Origin: Octopus bimaculoides
Lineage: Eukaryota
Assembly: GCF_001194135.2 (NCBI RefSeq)
Contig: NC_068981.1
Span: 126,164,191 to 126,228,190, forward strand
Direction of reading: 5' to 3'
Length of the DNA stretch: 64,000 nt
Shown: positions 24,101 to 35,337 of the stretch, in pieces
Layout of the letters: the number at the start of each line of letters is the position of its first letter
Position numbering within the stretch: position 1 is the first letter of the stretch
Position numbers and translations under genes: made by a program
The notes under the pieces: model-generated
What the model saw: the letters and a program-made list of their open reading frames with translations, nothing else
The model's database searches: none
Told to the model about the DNA's origin: nothing

Positions 24101-26339
24101 TTTTTTATTTTCTCTAGCATGGCATTGATTAGTCATTGTCCTCAATTGATCTCTTTATATTTTGTTAAACCTTCATGTGTCAGTTATTGCATTTGTATAT
24201 GATTCATTATATAAAATCATGATTGTTTAGAGCTATTTAAATTTATATCAAGTTTGTGTACACAAATGTACATGTTCCCTTTAAAATTTGAAAAAAAAAG
24301 TTTCTGTAAAATGTTGCTTTTAGACACGTTTATTGAAGCACTCATTCTTTTACTATTCTGTATTTTAAACTTTTTGTAATTTGTTTTCTTTTCTCATTTT
24401 CTAATTTAACTTTGAATACTTATTGTATTTTTAGATGAGAGAACAAGATGTCTATTATGTTTGTTGAGTTTAAATCACTTTTTGATCAAAACAATTCTCA
24501 AAATTATTGGGTTATAATTTTCCTTTTCTCTGAGTTCCAATTCAGTTTTTTTTTTATTCCATTTCTCCATGAAAGTTTTTTTGATGAATTGGTATGTTCT
24601 TATAATCTTGTTGACAACTGCAGTAAATGTATATTTTCATGGTACAATCTTTTTGAAAGGAACAGCATGAAGCAAAAGTTCCCTAGAAAAATAATTTTTA
24701 TTGTAAAATTTACAGTAGTATTATTAGGTATTCTGATAGCTTGGCTTGGTCTGACAGTCAATTTTCCTTTTTTTCAATGGAAGGGAATCTTTTGTTACTT
24801 GCCATTTATTTGTATTTTATGTGTTCTAAAGCTAATTCTTCTCCATGGATTTTTTTCAATGAGCTTGATTTTGTTTCATTTTTTTTTAACTTCTATATTG
24901 GGTGTATTTTAATTGTGTTTTTGGTTATAATTGAAATTAGAATCATTATCATTATGAATATCTCAGTGTCACAAACAGACTGACAGAATAAGCACCAGGC
25001 TTGGAAATAAGTGCTAGAGTTGATTTGTTTGATTAAACCCTTCAAGGTGGTGCCCCAGCATGGCTGTAGTCTAATGACTGAAACAAATAAAATATAAAAG
25101 ATAATGAATTCTTAAATTAAAAAGAAAATTGTATTAGATTTTAAGAGTAATAGTGTCATTGGCTACAAGTTCCCAATAGGCCAATCACTGATTCACTACA
25201 CCTTTGATGCTAATAGTGTCAAGGGAGTGACTATGATTTAGTGTAAAACAAATATCACTGGGGACTTCATTGTTGAAACACCAGTTTCTTGGCTTTCTCA
25301 CTGATGATTATATCATTCATTGATATACATTGAATAAACACAAATGCATGTGCACACAGATGTGTATGGATGCACAACCCCCCCTCCCTCCCGCACACTG
25401 GTTTCATCTCAGCTAATCATCTAATTGAACTAAGGAAACTTATCTGCTCCAGGTGTTTTCAAGCTGGTGGTTAGTCTTTTGAGTGCTGGCTGCCATAGCT
25501 TTGAATTGATGCTATTTGTTATGATGTCACATACAAGGACTAACCAACTGCAGTCTTTACTTGGTTAATTTTAAAGTTAATTTTGACAAGTCCATCATAG
25601 ATTTCTATATTGACAGGGTGGCTCTTCCAAGTGATGCTAAGGATAATCTGTACTACATGTACACACATACACATATATAATGTATGCATATCATATTGTG
25701 AGACAGGCTAGACACATTATATTGTAATATTTTTTTGCTATAATACCAAGTAAGATAGCCACTTGGCTTGTGAAGATGTGTGTGTGTTTGTAATAAAGTT
25801 GGTATTTTTAAGCTTTATATATGTATGTGTGTGTGTATGTATGTGTGTGTGTATATGTATATGTATATATATGTATATATGTGTATATATATATGTATAT
25901 ATATATATGTTTATATGTATATATATGTGCATATATAAATATGTATATATGTCACCCCACCCCACCCTGTATAAACTAGCTCATTCAGATTCCCCTACCT
26001 CATATTTTAGCACTTCACCAAAAGGAGTAGAAAACCAGAAGATGTTCAGATAAGAAACCTTGTTTTTCAACCTAGCACACATCTAAACCTCTCTTTTTTC
26101 AGTGCAGATCTTAATTACCTTATTATTTCATTTCGTTATTCTATCTATTTCATTATCTATGTAAATACAGTTTTGTCTTCCACACTGTATGTTTAGAGGA
26201 AAAAAAAACAACTTAAGATCCCTTCACTCGATCCAACTTTCCCTCTTTCTCCCTCTCTTTCACACCCATTTATTCATTCATTTATCTAATTTTGTCACAA
26301 TTTGGCTGACCGAAAACTCTTGGCTATAGCTCGAGTTAA

Positions 26340-26590
26340 GAATTCAGATCCCCAATTCTATCTCATTATTATCATCAATACTCTCTTACACTGGCAGCCT
26401 GAGTTTTTGCTATTTTGCGGTGTGCACACCCTTCCCACCCCACCACCTGTACTGGAAGTCTCTATCCTCTGACCTCTATCAGATGTCTCTCCCATGAACA
26501 CCTTCAAATGTTAAAGGTTCCCCCATCCCTACTTTGGGTTTATCTCCTATGTAATGTAGTGATTACGTAGCACATAAAAAAAAACAAAAA
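26340..26590 (+). mobile_element. 3' end of a CR1/Jockey-like LINE with A-rich tail
   Basis: 'WKSLSSDLYQMSLPMNTFK' resembles the terminal WNSLP...FK motif; A-rich tail at ~26574-26590. Confidence 0.5.
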
Positions 26591-26659
26591 GCGATGGTGT
26601 AGCGTATGCAGGTTGAAGGCTATTGTATGTTTATGAATTTTGCTAAGTGTGAGCTTTCT

Positions 26660-28830
26660 TTTCAAGTACATGGCACTGCTGTTCCCCCATCCCAGGGTTT
26701 TGCGGGACCCACACCTCCAACACCCTCAGGGTTGGCACACTGAAAAGTAGGTCTTGTGAGATTGTTGAGATGCTTGAACACAGATGTACAGATTTGTGCT
26801 GTATCCATGAAATAAGGTGGAGAGGAAGTTCTGCTAGGTTCCTCAGAGGCAAAGAACATAGGTATAAGATTTTCTGGGCAGGAAACACTGACGGGGTCGG
26901 GCGCATGGGTATATGTCTGGCAGAGAAATGGGTTGATAAGGTAATCAAGGTAGTCGGAGTCTGTGATAAAATACTTAAGATTAGATTAGTGCTGCAACAT
27001 AGTTTAGCAACCATTATCTCGGCCTATTCCCCTCAGCTGGGACTATCTAATGAACAGAAAGACAAATGACAGGGACCTTTTCTTTGTGGCTGATGACTTC
27101 AATGGGCATGTTGGACAACATGCAGAGGGATTCCGTGGCGTACATGGAGGCTATGGTTTTGGTTCCTGCAATGAGGGGGGAACCAGGCTGCTGGAGATCA
27201 TATGCGATGCAAATGATCTTATGGTTTGTAATACTAACTTCAGGAAACCTGCCAGCCACCTATTCACCTACCAATCTGGTGGACACACTAGTCAAACTGA
27301 TTACATCCTCTCCAGGAAATGGGAAAGATAGCTACTTATAAATGCCAAAACCTTCCCATGTGAAGAATGCATCCCACAACATAGATTAGTAGTTAGTGAC
27401 TTCAGGATCAGGGCTAAATGGATAGCCAGAAGATGGCCAGCATGGAGAAGGGTCTGGAAGCTTAAGGATCCTGCGAATGGACAGAGATTTACAGACGTAT
27501 TACTCAAAGCTTTTGACAAAAATAGAAGGGGGATATAGCTTCACATGATGTGGAAGGCAACTGGAGATTTCTGCGGGACAACCTGTTGAGGGCTACTGAC
27601 CAGATCTGTGGATGGTGCAAAGCCCCCTCTTGACCCAAGGTAACGTGGTGGTACAACAATGTAGTTGACAGAGCCATTAGGGAAAAGAAACAGGCATGGA
27701 AGGACTGGTGGTAGCAGGGAATTGTATCAGATTGCCAGAAGGGAAACTAGGAGACAGGTTTACTTAGCCAGAGGGGAAGCAGATAAGAAAAAAATTGCCG
27801 ATGTTCTGTGTCATGAGGACCAAAGACTTGAAGGGTTTCATGTCGCAAGACAGTGTGTGAGAGAGAATCATGATGTTATAGGAGAGAATTGACAGTACCT
27901 GGGTAGGTAAACCAATTAAGGGTATGAGGACAGGGAAAGCCCCCAGCCCATCAGGAAAAACTGCAGAGATGCTTGAAATATTTGGCGGTGTCAACTATAG
28001 TCAACCGTATAGTCAATCAGGTGATACATGAAGGAGTCATACCCAATGACTGGTGTAGCAGCACCATAGTCAACTGCTACAAAGGTAAAGGTGATGCATT
28101 AGATACGAATAATTACAGAGGTATCAAGTTGTTGGATCATAGAGGGTCATAGTCCAACTAATTAGGGAGAGAGTCAGTTTAGACAAGATAAGCACCACTG
28201 ATGCTATATTTCTGGTAAGACAGCTGCAGATAAACCTCTGTACCTGGCTTTTGTTGACATGGAGAGAGCCTTTGATAGGGACCCCCATCCCTTATCTGGT
28301 GGTCAAAGCGGAAACTAGGGATAAATGAGTGGTTAGTGAGAGCTGTACAAGCCATGTACAGGGACGCTGTCAGTAAGGTGAGGGTTGGCAACGAGTACAG
28401 TGAAGAATTCCAAGGATCAGTCCTCCAGGTAATAACAGAGAAATTCAAGACAGTATGCCCCTGGGAGCTTCTCTGTGCTGATGACCTTGCTCTAATAGCT
28501 GAGTCACTGTTAGAACTAGAAGATAAGTTTCAGGTGTTGAAGCAAGGTCTAGAATTGAAGGGCCTTGGAGTCAATTTAGCAAAAACCAAAGTCTTAATTA
28601 GTGGGAAGGCAGACAAACCATAAATCCCTTCAGGTAGATGGCCCTGTTCGATTTGTAGAAAAGGCGTAGGTAGAAACTCCATATGATGTACCCGGTGCAA
28701 GCTATGGACACATAAGAGGTGCAGCAATATCAAAGGAAGGCTAACTGGGAAGATAGGTTTTGTGTGTGGCAAATGCTCAGGAGCAATAAACACTGAAAAT
28801 GTGAAGAAAACAGCTTCTATCACATTCCAG
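26660..28830 (+). mobile_element. Long degenerate RTE LINE: AP endonuclease + reverse transcriptase
   Basis: APE: 'LRVGTL..RSCEIVEML..DLCCIHEIRW', 'IISAYSPQ', 'DDFNGHVG', 'SQTDYIL'. RT: 'GKAPSPSG', 'KGKGDALDTNNYRGIKLL', 'LAFVDMERAFD', 'LLCADDL'. Many stops and frameshifts. Confidence 0.95.
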
Positions 28831-29232
28831 GGTACAATATGCATCTGTTTGCTAGACAGAAGAATTAAAACTCTCCAAAGCCACGCATTTCTCACTATAT
28901 GTAAACGTGACTGGAGAATGTAGCAAATATGCTAAAAATCACTCCCCCCCGTTTGTAAATCCACAAAGAGAAGAGTAGATATCCTAGTATCAATTGATTT
29001 CACTTTCTGTTCCAAATAGCACTTAAAGATCATCAGCTAGGCTTACTACATAACCTATTTCAAAAATATATTTTACCATTTTGTCTGGATCTGTTCAGCT
29101 GAAGGTCTAGTGACTCCCAAACAAACAATAATAAGGTAGTATAAATTCAAAATTCAAATAAGTTATCATTATCTTTAAAAACATAATGATAAAGTGGCTA
29201 GCAAACATAACCAAAAAATAGGCAAAATATAT

Positions 29233-29532
29233 ATTATTAAAAGTCAGGGTACAGTATGCACCTGTTTGCTAGAAAGAAGAGTTGAAACACTCCAAAGCCA
29301 CATATCTCTCACTCTATGTAAACACGCATGGAGAAAGTGAAATCAGTTGATACTGGGATATCTGTTCTTCTCTTTGTGGTTTTAGAAATGGGGAGGACTG
29401 TTTTTATAGTATATTTAGTATATTTGTTCTCCATGCGTGTTTACATGTAGTGAGAGATGCATGACTTGGGAGGATTTTAACTCTTTTTTTTTCTAGTAAA
29501 CAGGTGCATATTGTACCCTGACTTTTAATAAT
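29233..29532. mobile_element. Fold-back MITE with ~104-bp TIRs, plus a partial inverted copy at 28826-29007
   Basis: ATTATTAAAAGTCAGGGTAC...GGAGAA (29233-29335) pairs with TTCTCC...GTACCCTGACTTTTAATAAT (29427-29532); TA flanks; 28826-29007 is the reverse complement of 29333-29520. Confidence 0.8.
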
Positions 29533-29886
29533 TATATATATATATATATATATGGATCAAAACAGTTTGGTTCAAATTCATTGGTACTCTTGAGTTTTGA
29601 CTGTGATGCTAGTCATCAGCCATTTTGAATTTGAATGACAGAAGTTGATTGTTAATACCATATGGTGGGCTGTGATTAGTCAAGGAAGGTCATGCGGTGT
29701 CATGGTTTGATGTTGGTATATGGGTAACAGTTGGAAAATACGGCATGGTGAACAGAAAATTGGTCATGTAGAGGATAGGAAATAGATCACATGGCGGTTA
29801 GGAATTTAGTCAGGTTGTTGGGAGTGAAGTAGGAAGGGGCAGCAAGTACAAGTATATAGTTCTATATCTGGGTGTCTATAAATAAA

Positions 29887-29923
<37 letters not shown>

Positions 29924-29974
29924 TAGCAGAGATACCCAGCATTGCTCAGAATTAAAATGGCATACTTTTTTATT

Positions 29975-30212
29975 CTTTTACTCGTTTCTGTCAAGTGACT
30001 GCGGCCATGTTCGAGCACCACCTTTAGTTGACCCCAGGATTTATTCTTAGTAAGCCTATTGGTGTCTTTTCCTGAACTGTTAAGTTATGGGTATGTAAGC
30101 ATAGTAACATTGGTTGTCAAGTGATGTTGGGGATACAAACACAGACAGACAGACACACACATATATGACAGTCTTCTTTCAGTTTCTGCATACAAAATTC
30201 ACTCACAAGGCT
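29975..30212 (-). mobile_element. SINE family A copy (degenerate)
   Basis: Reverse complement of the SINE body. Confidence 0.7.
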
Positions 30213-30215
30213 TAT

Positions 30216-31361
30216 AATATGTACCCAGTGTAAGCTATGGACACATAAGAGGTGCAGCAATATCAAAGGAAGGTTAACTAGGAAGTTAGTTTTTGTATGT
30301 GGCAGATGTTCAGGAGCAATAAATACTGAAAATGTGCAGAAAACAACTTCTGCCACATTCCAGGGAGAAAAACTAAACGTAGTTGATAGCTTCCACTATC
30401 TAGGTGACCAAGTTAGTAGTGGGGGTGGGGGGGTACGCTGAAAGTGTAGCTGCTAGAATAAGAATAGCCTGGGCAAAGTTCAGAGAGCTCTTACCTCTGC
30501 TGGTGACAAAGGGCCTCTCACTCAGAGTAAAAGGCAAACTGTATGACGCATGTGTACGAACAGCCATGCTACATGGCAGTGAAACATGGGCTGTGACTGC
30601 TGAGGACATGTGTAAGCTCGCAAAGAATGAAGCCAGTATGCTCCGATGGATGTGTAATGTCAATGTGCATACTAGACAGAGTGTAAGTACGTTGAGAGAA
30701 AATTCGAACCTAAGAAGCATCAGTTGTAGTGTGCAAGAGAGATGATTATGCTGGTATGTTCATGTGGCGAGAATGAATGAGGATAGGTGTGTGAAAAAGG
30801 GAACCTGTGGAAGAGGTAGACCCAGGAAGATCTGGGATGAGGTGGTGAAGCACGACCTTCGAACTTTAGGCCTACCAAGGCAATGACTTGTGACTGAGAC
30901 CTTTGGAAATATGCTGTGCGTGAGAAGACTCGGCAAGCCAAGTGAGACCATAATCCATGGCCTCTGCCAGGGGTATAGCCAGCCCACTTATTCGTACCTT
31001 TACTTCATTGGACACTAAACTCCGCTTGCAAAGACCTGTTGGGGCAAGTGAAAGCGAAATCGTGATGGCACCTGTACCAGTGGAGCGCTAAGAGCACCGT
31101 CCAAGCGTGATCGTTGCCAGAGCAGCTGACTGGCTTCCATGCCAGTGGCACGTAAATAGCACCATTTGAGCATGATCGTTACCAGCGTTGCCTTCCTGAA
31201 ACTTGCGCCGGTGGCATGTGAAAAGACATTCGAGCGAGGTCGTTGCCAGTGCCGCTGGACTGGCTCCTATGTAGGTGGCACGTAAAATACACCATTTTGA
31301 GCATGGCCGTTGCCAGTACCGCCCAACTGGCCTTTGTGCCGGTGGCACATAAAAGCACCCA
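30216..31361 (+). mobile_element. RTE LINE 3' half: RT end, C-terminus and 3' UTR with minisatellite
   Basis: 'CKLWTHKRCSNIKGRL', 'VDSFHYLGDQ', 'AESVAARIRIAWAKFRELLPLL..KGKLYDACVRTAMLHGSETW', 'RGRPRKIW'. Confidence 0.95.
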
Positions 31362-31711
31362 NNNNNNNNNNNNNNNNNNNNNNNNNNNNNNNNNNNNNNN
31401 NNNNNNNNNNNNNNNNNNNNNNNNNNNNNNNNNNNNNNNNNNNNNNNNNNNNNNNNNNNNNNNNNNNNNNNNNNNNNNNNNNNNNNNNNNNNNNNNNNNN
31501 NNNNNNNNNNNNNNNNNNNNNNNNNNNNNNNNNNNNNNNNNNNNNNNNNNNNNNNNNNNNNNNNNNNNNNNNNNNNNNNNNNNNNNNNNNNNNNNNNNNN
31601 NNNNNNTATATATGTATGTATGTATGTATATAGGTATATGTATGTATGTATGTATATAGGTATATGTATATATATATGTATGTATATATATATGTAGATA
31701 TATATATGTCA

Positions 31712-33290
31712 CACCCCCACAGTTTACTTCCACCCCCAAAATCCACAAACCTAACAACCCTGGCCACCCCATTGTCTTCTGCAACTGCCCCTCCGAACTC
31801 ATCTCCAGATATCTAGATTGTGTCCTCACCCCTAGTGGCTTCCCTCCCCTCTCACATCCATGACACCAATCATGCTCTTTATCTGTTCAACTCTTTCTCC
31901 TTCCCTCCTGGCCACTCTAAACTTCTCTTCACTCTCGACATCAAGAGCCTATACACAGTGATCCCTCAGCATGAGGGGCTTCATGCACTCAAACACTACC
32001 TTGACCTCCGACCCAAATCCCAACCTGACACATCCACACTTCTTTGTCTAGCCGAACTTGTTTTCTTCCTTAACTGCTTCTGGCGACTTTTACCAGCAGA
32101 TCTCATGAGCGACCATGGGAACGAGAATGGGCCCCAACTATGCGAACCTGTTCGTTGGCTATGTTGAGGCCCAAATATTCTCAAGTTTCACTGGTCCCAC
32201 TCCCGAACTATATGGTCGTTATATTGATGACTGTATCGGTGCAACCTCACTCTCCCGTGACTTCTTCCTCTCTTTTGTTCAATCTTTCAATCCTGCCCAC
32301 CACTTCTCCTGCACTATTTTTGACACTTCCGTTGTCTTTCTCGACATTTCAGTCAGCATTCATCACTCCACTCTCACCACCTCCATCCACTATAGACACA
32401 CAGTCTCACACTCATACTTCAACTTCTCCTCCTCCCACCCTAAATACACCAAGCTCTCCATCCCCTATTCCCAATTACTCCATCTGCGCAGGCTGTGCAG
32501 TGACAACCATGACTTTGAGACTCAGTCTCAACTCCTAGCTCGCCACTTCATCCTACGTGGATATTTCCTCACCACTATCCACACCGCCCTTGCCAGAGCA
32601 TGTTCTGTGGACTGCATCTGTTCTCTCTCCTACACCTGTCCTGCCATCACCCGTCTTCTGTTTCCCCTCACCTACCATCCCTCCACCCTACCTCCAATGC
32701 ACCATTCTCTGAGCCTTCTGGCGACTCCAGTGCAACCCCTCCACTTCGCACATCTTCCCTAACCAACCCCTCCTTCAAACGAGCCCACAACCTACGTGAC
32801 CTCCTGGTTCACAGTTTCTTCCCTAACCAAACCTCCCAACCCAGCTCTTCCCTTGCTCCTGCCCATGCTGCCGCACTTGGCCTTATATTTGCAACACCAT
32901 CCTCATCAGCACCCATCATCGACCTTATCATATCACTGACTCCTTCACCTGCACTTCTAGCAACATCATCTACTGGATCTCCTGCTCTCTCTGTCCTTCT
33001 CTGTACATCGGTCAAACGGGACGTTGCTTGGCTGACCGGTTTGCGGAACGCCTCTTAGACATCAGACTCGGCAACAACACCCCAGTCTCGCGCTATTTCA
33101 GCTCTACCAGTCATTCTTTACAACACCTGCCTGTGTTCAGACTGTCCTTGCACAGGGGCCATCCGGACTCGCGTCTTCGCCCTGGACAGGAATTAATCTT
33201 TAATCTTCTCTCTTCACTTCTTTGCACCACTTGGGCTCAACTCTTCCCCTCTTCATCTAACTCCCCTCCTCTCTTTCTCTCACACCTATT
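31712..33290 (+). mobile_element. Penelope-like retroelement relic (RT + GIY-YIG endonuclease)
   Basis: 'PKIHKPNNPGHPIV', 'TLDIKSLYTVIP', 'MGTRMGPNYANLF', 'YGRYIDD', 'SSSHPKYTKLSIPYSQ'; 32943-33055 reads FTCTSSNIIYWISCSLCPSLYIGQTGRCLADRFAER (GIY-YIG). Confidence 0.92.
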
Positions 33291-33291
33291 T

Positions 33292-33471
33292 CCTCTTAGC
33301 GCTCCACTGGCACAGGTGCCAGTCATTGAATTTCATTCGATTTTGATTTCACTTGCCTCAACACGTCTTTGCAAGCAGAATTTAGTGTCCAATGAAGGAA
33401 AGGTATGCATAAGTGGGTTGGTTACACCCCTATACATATATATACACTTATACATATATATATGTATATAC

Positions 33472-33506
<35 letters not shown>

Positions 33507-33552
33507 CACACCTATATATATACANNNNNNNNNNATATATATATGTATATAC

Positions 33553-33587
<35 letters not shown>

Positions 33588-33780
33588 CACACCTATATAT
33601 ATACATACATATATCATCATCATCATCATCACCGTTTAACGTCCGCTTTCCATGCTAGCATTGGTTGGACGATTTGACTGAGGACTGGTGACACCGGATG
33701 GCAACACCAGGCTCCAATCTAAATTTGGCAGAGTTTCTACAGCTGGATGCCCTTCCTAACGCCAACCACTCAGAGAGTGT
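33292..33780 (-). mobile_element. RTE 3' UTR fragments on - (33292-33430 and 33612-33780) separated by TA microsatellite and gap
   Basis: Reverse complements of 62455-62590 and of the RTE terminus. Confidence 0.85.
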
Positions 33781-33798
33781 ATATATGTGTATATATAT

Positions 33799-33831
<33 letters not shown>

Positions 33832-33877
33832 TATATATANNNNNNNNNNATATATATATATATATATATATATATAT

Positions 33878-34240
33878 AGCACGTAAATAGTACCATTTGA
33901 GCATGACCGTTACCAACGTCGCCTTCCTGGCACGTGAAAAGACATTTGTGCGAGTTCGTTGTCAGTGCCGCTGGACTGGCTCCTATGCAGGTGGCACGTA
34001 AAATACACCATTTCGAGCGTAGCCGTTGCCAGTACCCCATGACCGGCCTTCGTGCCAGTGGCACGTAAAAGCACCCACTACACTCTCTGAGTGGTTGGCA
34101 TTAGGAAGGGCATCCAGCTGTAGGAACTCTGCCAAATCAGATTGGAGCCTGGTGTAGCCATCTGGTTTTCACCAGTCCTCAGTCAAATCTTCCAATCCAT
34201 GCTAGCATGGAAAGCAGACGTTAGAAGATGATAATGATGA
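33878..34240 (+). mobile_element. RTE 3' UTR (minisatellite + terminus + GAT tail)
   Basis: Aligns with 62640-63025. Confidence 0.9.
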
Positions 34241-34384
34241 TGATATATATACATACATTTATATATGCTAAAGTGATGTGTGTGTGTGTGTACATCTCCA
34301 GAAGCCAACTGGCTCTCTTACTTGATATTATAAAGGATATGATAAAGATCTTTCCTGAATCATATAGACTCGTAGGGCTGGTTT

Positions 34385-34560
34385 CTGTGGTGTGTAGCTT
34401 AGTGGTTAGTGTGTTGAACTCATGGTTGTAAGATTGTGGTTTTGATTCCTGAACTGAGTGATGCATTGTGTTCTTGAACAAAACACTTCATTTCATGTTG
34501 CTCTAGTCCATTCAGCTATCAAAAATGAGTAATCCTGCGACAGACTGGTGCCTCATTCAA
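34385..34560 (+). mobile_element. tRNA-derived SINE (family C)
   Basis: A-box 'tagcttagtggttag', B-box-like 'ggttttgattcct', CORE-like 'gtgttcttgaacaaaacactt'. Confidence 0.6.
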
Positions 34561-35313
34561 GTAATATGGAAAAAATTACTTTGTGGCTCAAACTCTGTAG
34601 ACTAATCTGTCCCACAATACGATGGTTGTTTTCACACCACATGGAATATAGAAGTGGGGTGTGAAACTGATTACCAAACCCAAACCATTTGGTAATATGC
34701 CTTGCTTTTCAGCACACTTTCAAATTGTGTGTGTATCTCCTTTCATATGAAGCAAGAAGGTACTCAATTTCTTTGTTAAGCATATTCCATTCACAAGCTA
34801 TTTGCTCAAAGTACTATGCAGGTGGGATTGAATCTGGAGCCACACAGCTGTGGAGTGAACTTCTTAACTACATGGCCATGTCTGGTTTTATTTTTTAGCA
34901 TAGTGTATTGATTTTTAAATGACCCATGTTATTCTCATGAATCACAAAGGTAAAAGTGTTGTACTTCTCAGAAGATGGAACTCGTGTATTCAAAAATTTT
35001 GATGTTTAAGATCCTTAATTGTGATAATGTAAGATAGCTAATTTATTGTCAGTAATTGATGCAGTAGCTTGGAAAACAGTAAAAAATTGTAAAAGAACTC
35101 AGTATGAACATGACTAACACTGTTTGATCTAATGGTTACTTTTAGAGCAGTACCATAAATTCACTACTTTTAGTTATATCACAGTGAATGAGAGTATAAT
35201 AGATGTTATGGGATTACTATTAGACTTATTACACATGTTTTATATTACTATGACACACTACAAACAGACTGGTGAAGGGAGTAAAAGTATTGAATTCCTC
35301 ATTTATATTGAAG

Positions 35314-35337
35314 ATTCTGGAGCTTCAGTGGAATACT
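35314..35337 (+). other. Candidate 24-nt microexon
   Basis: ttcctcatttatattgaag|ATTCTGGAGCTTCAGTGGAATACT|gtaagc; multiple of 3; open in all frames (phase 1: xSGASVEY). Confidence 0.3.

Noticed and set aside
24448-24912. 154-aa hydrophobic ORF
   Set aside because: The F/L/I-rich composition is simply what T-rich intron yields; no motif or codon signal.
29921-29960. Helitron/Helentron-like terminus (TACTAGCAGAGATACCCAGCATTGCTC)
   Set aside because: Too short and no matching second end was found; it cannot be supported as an element.
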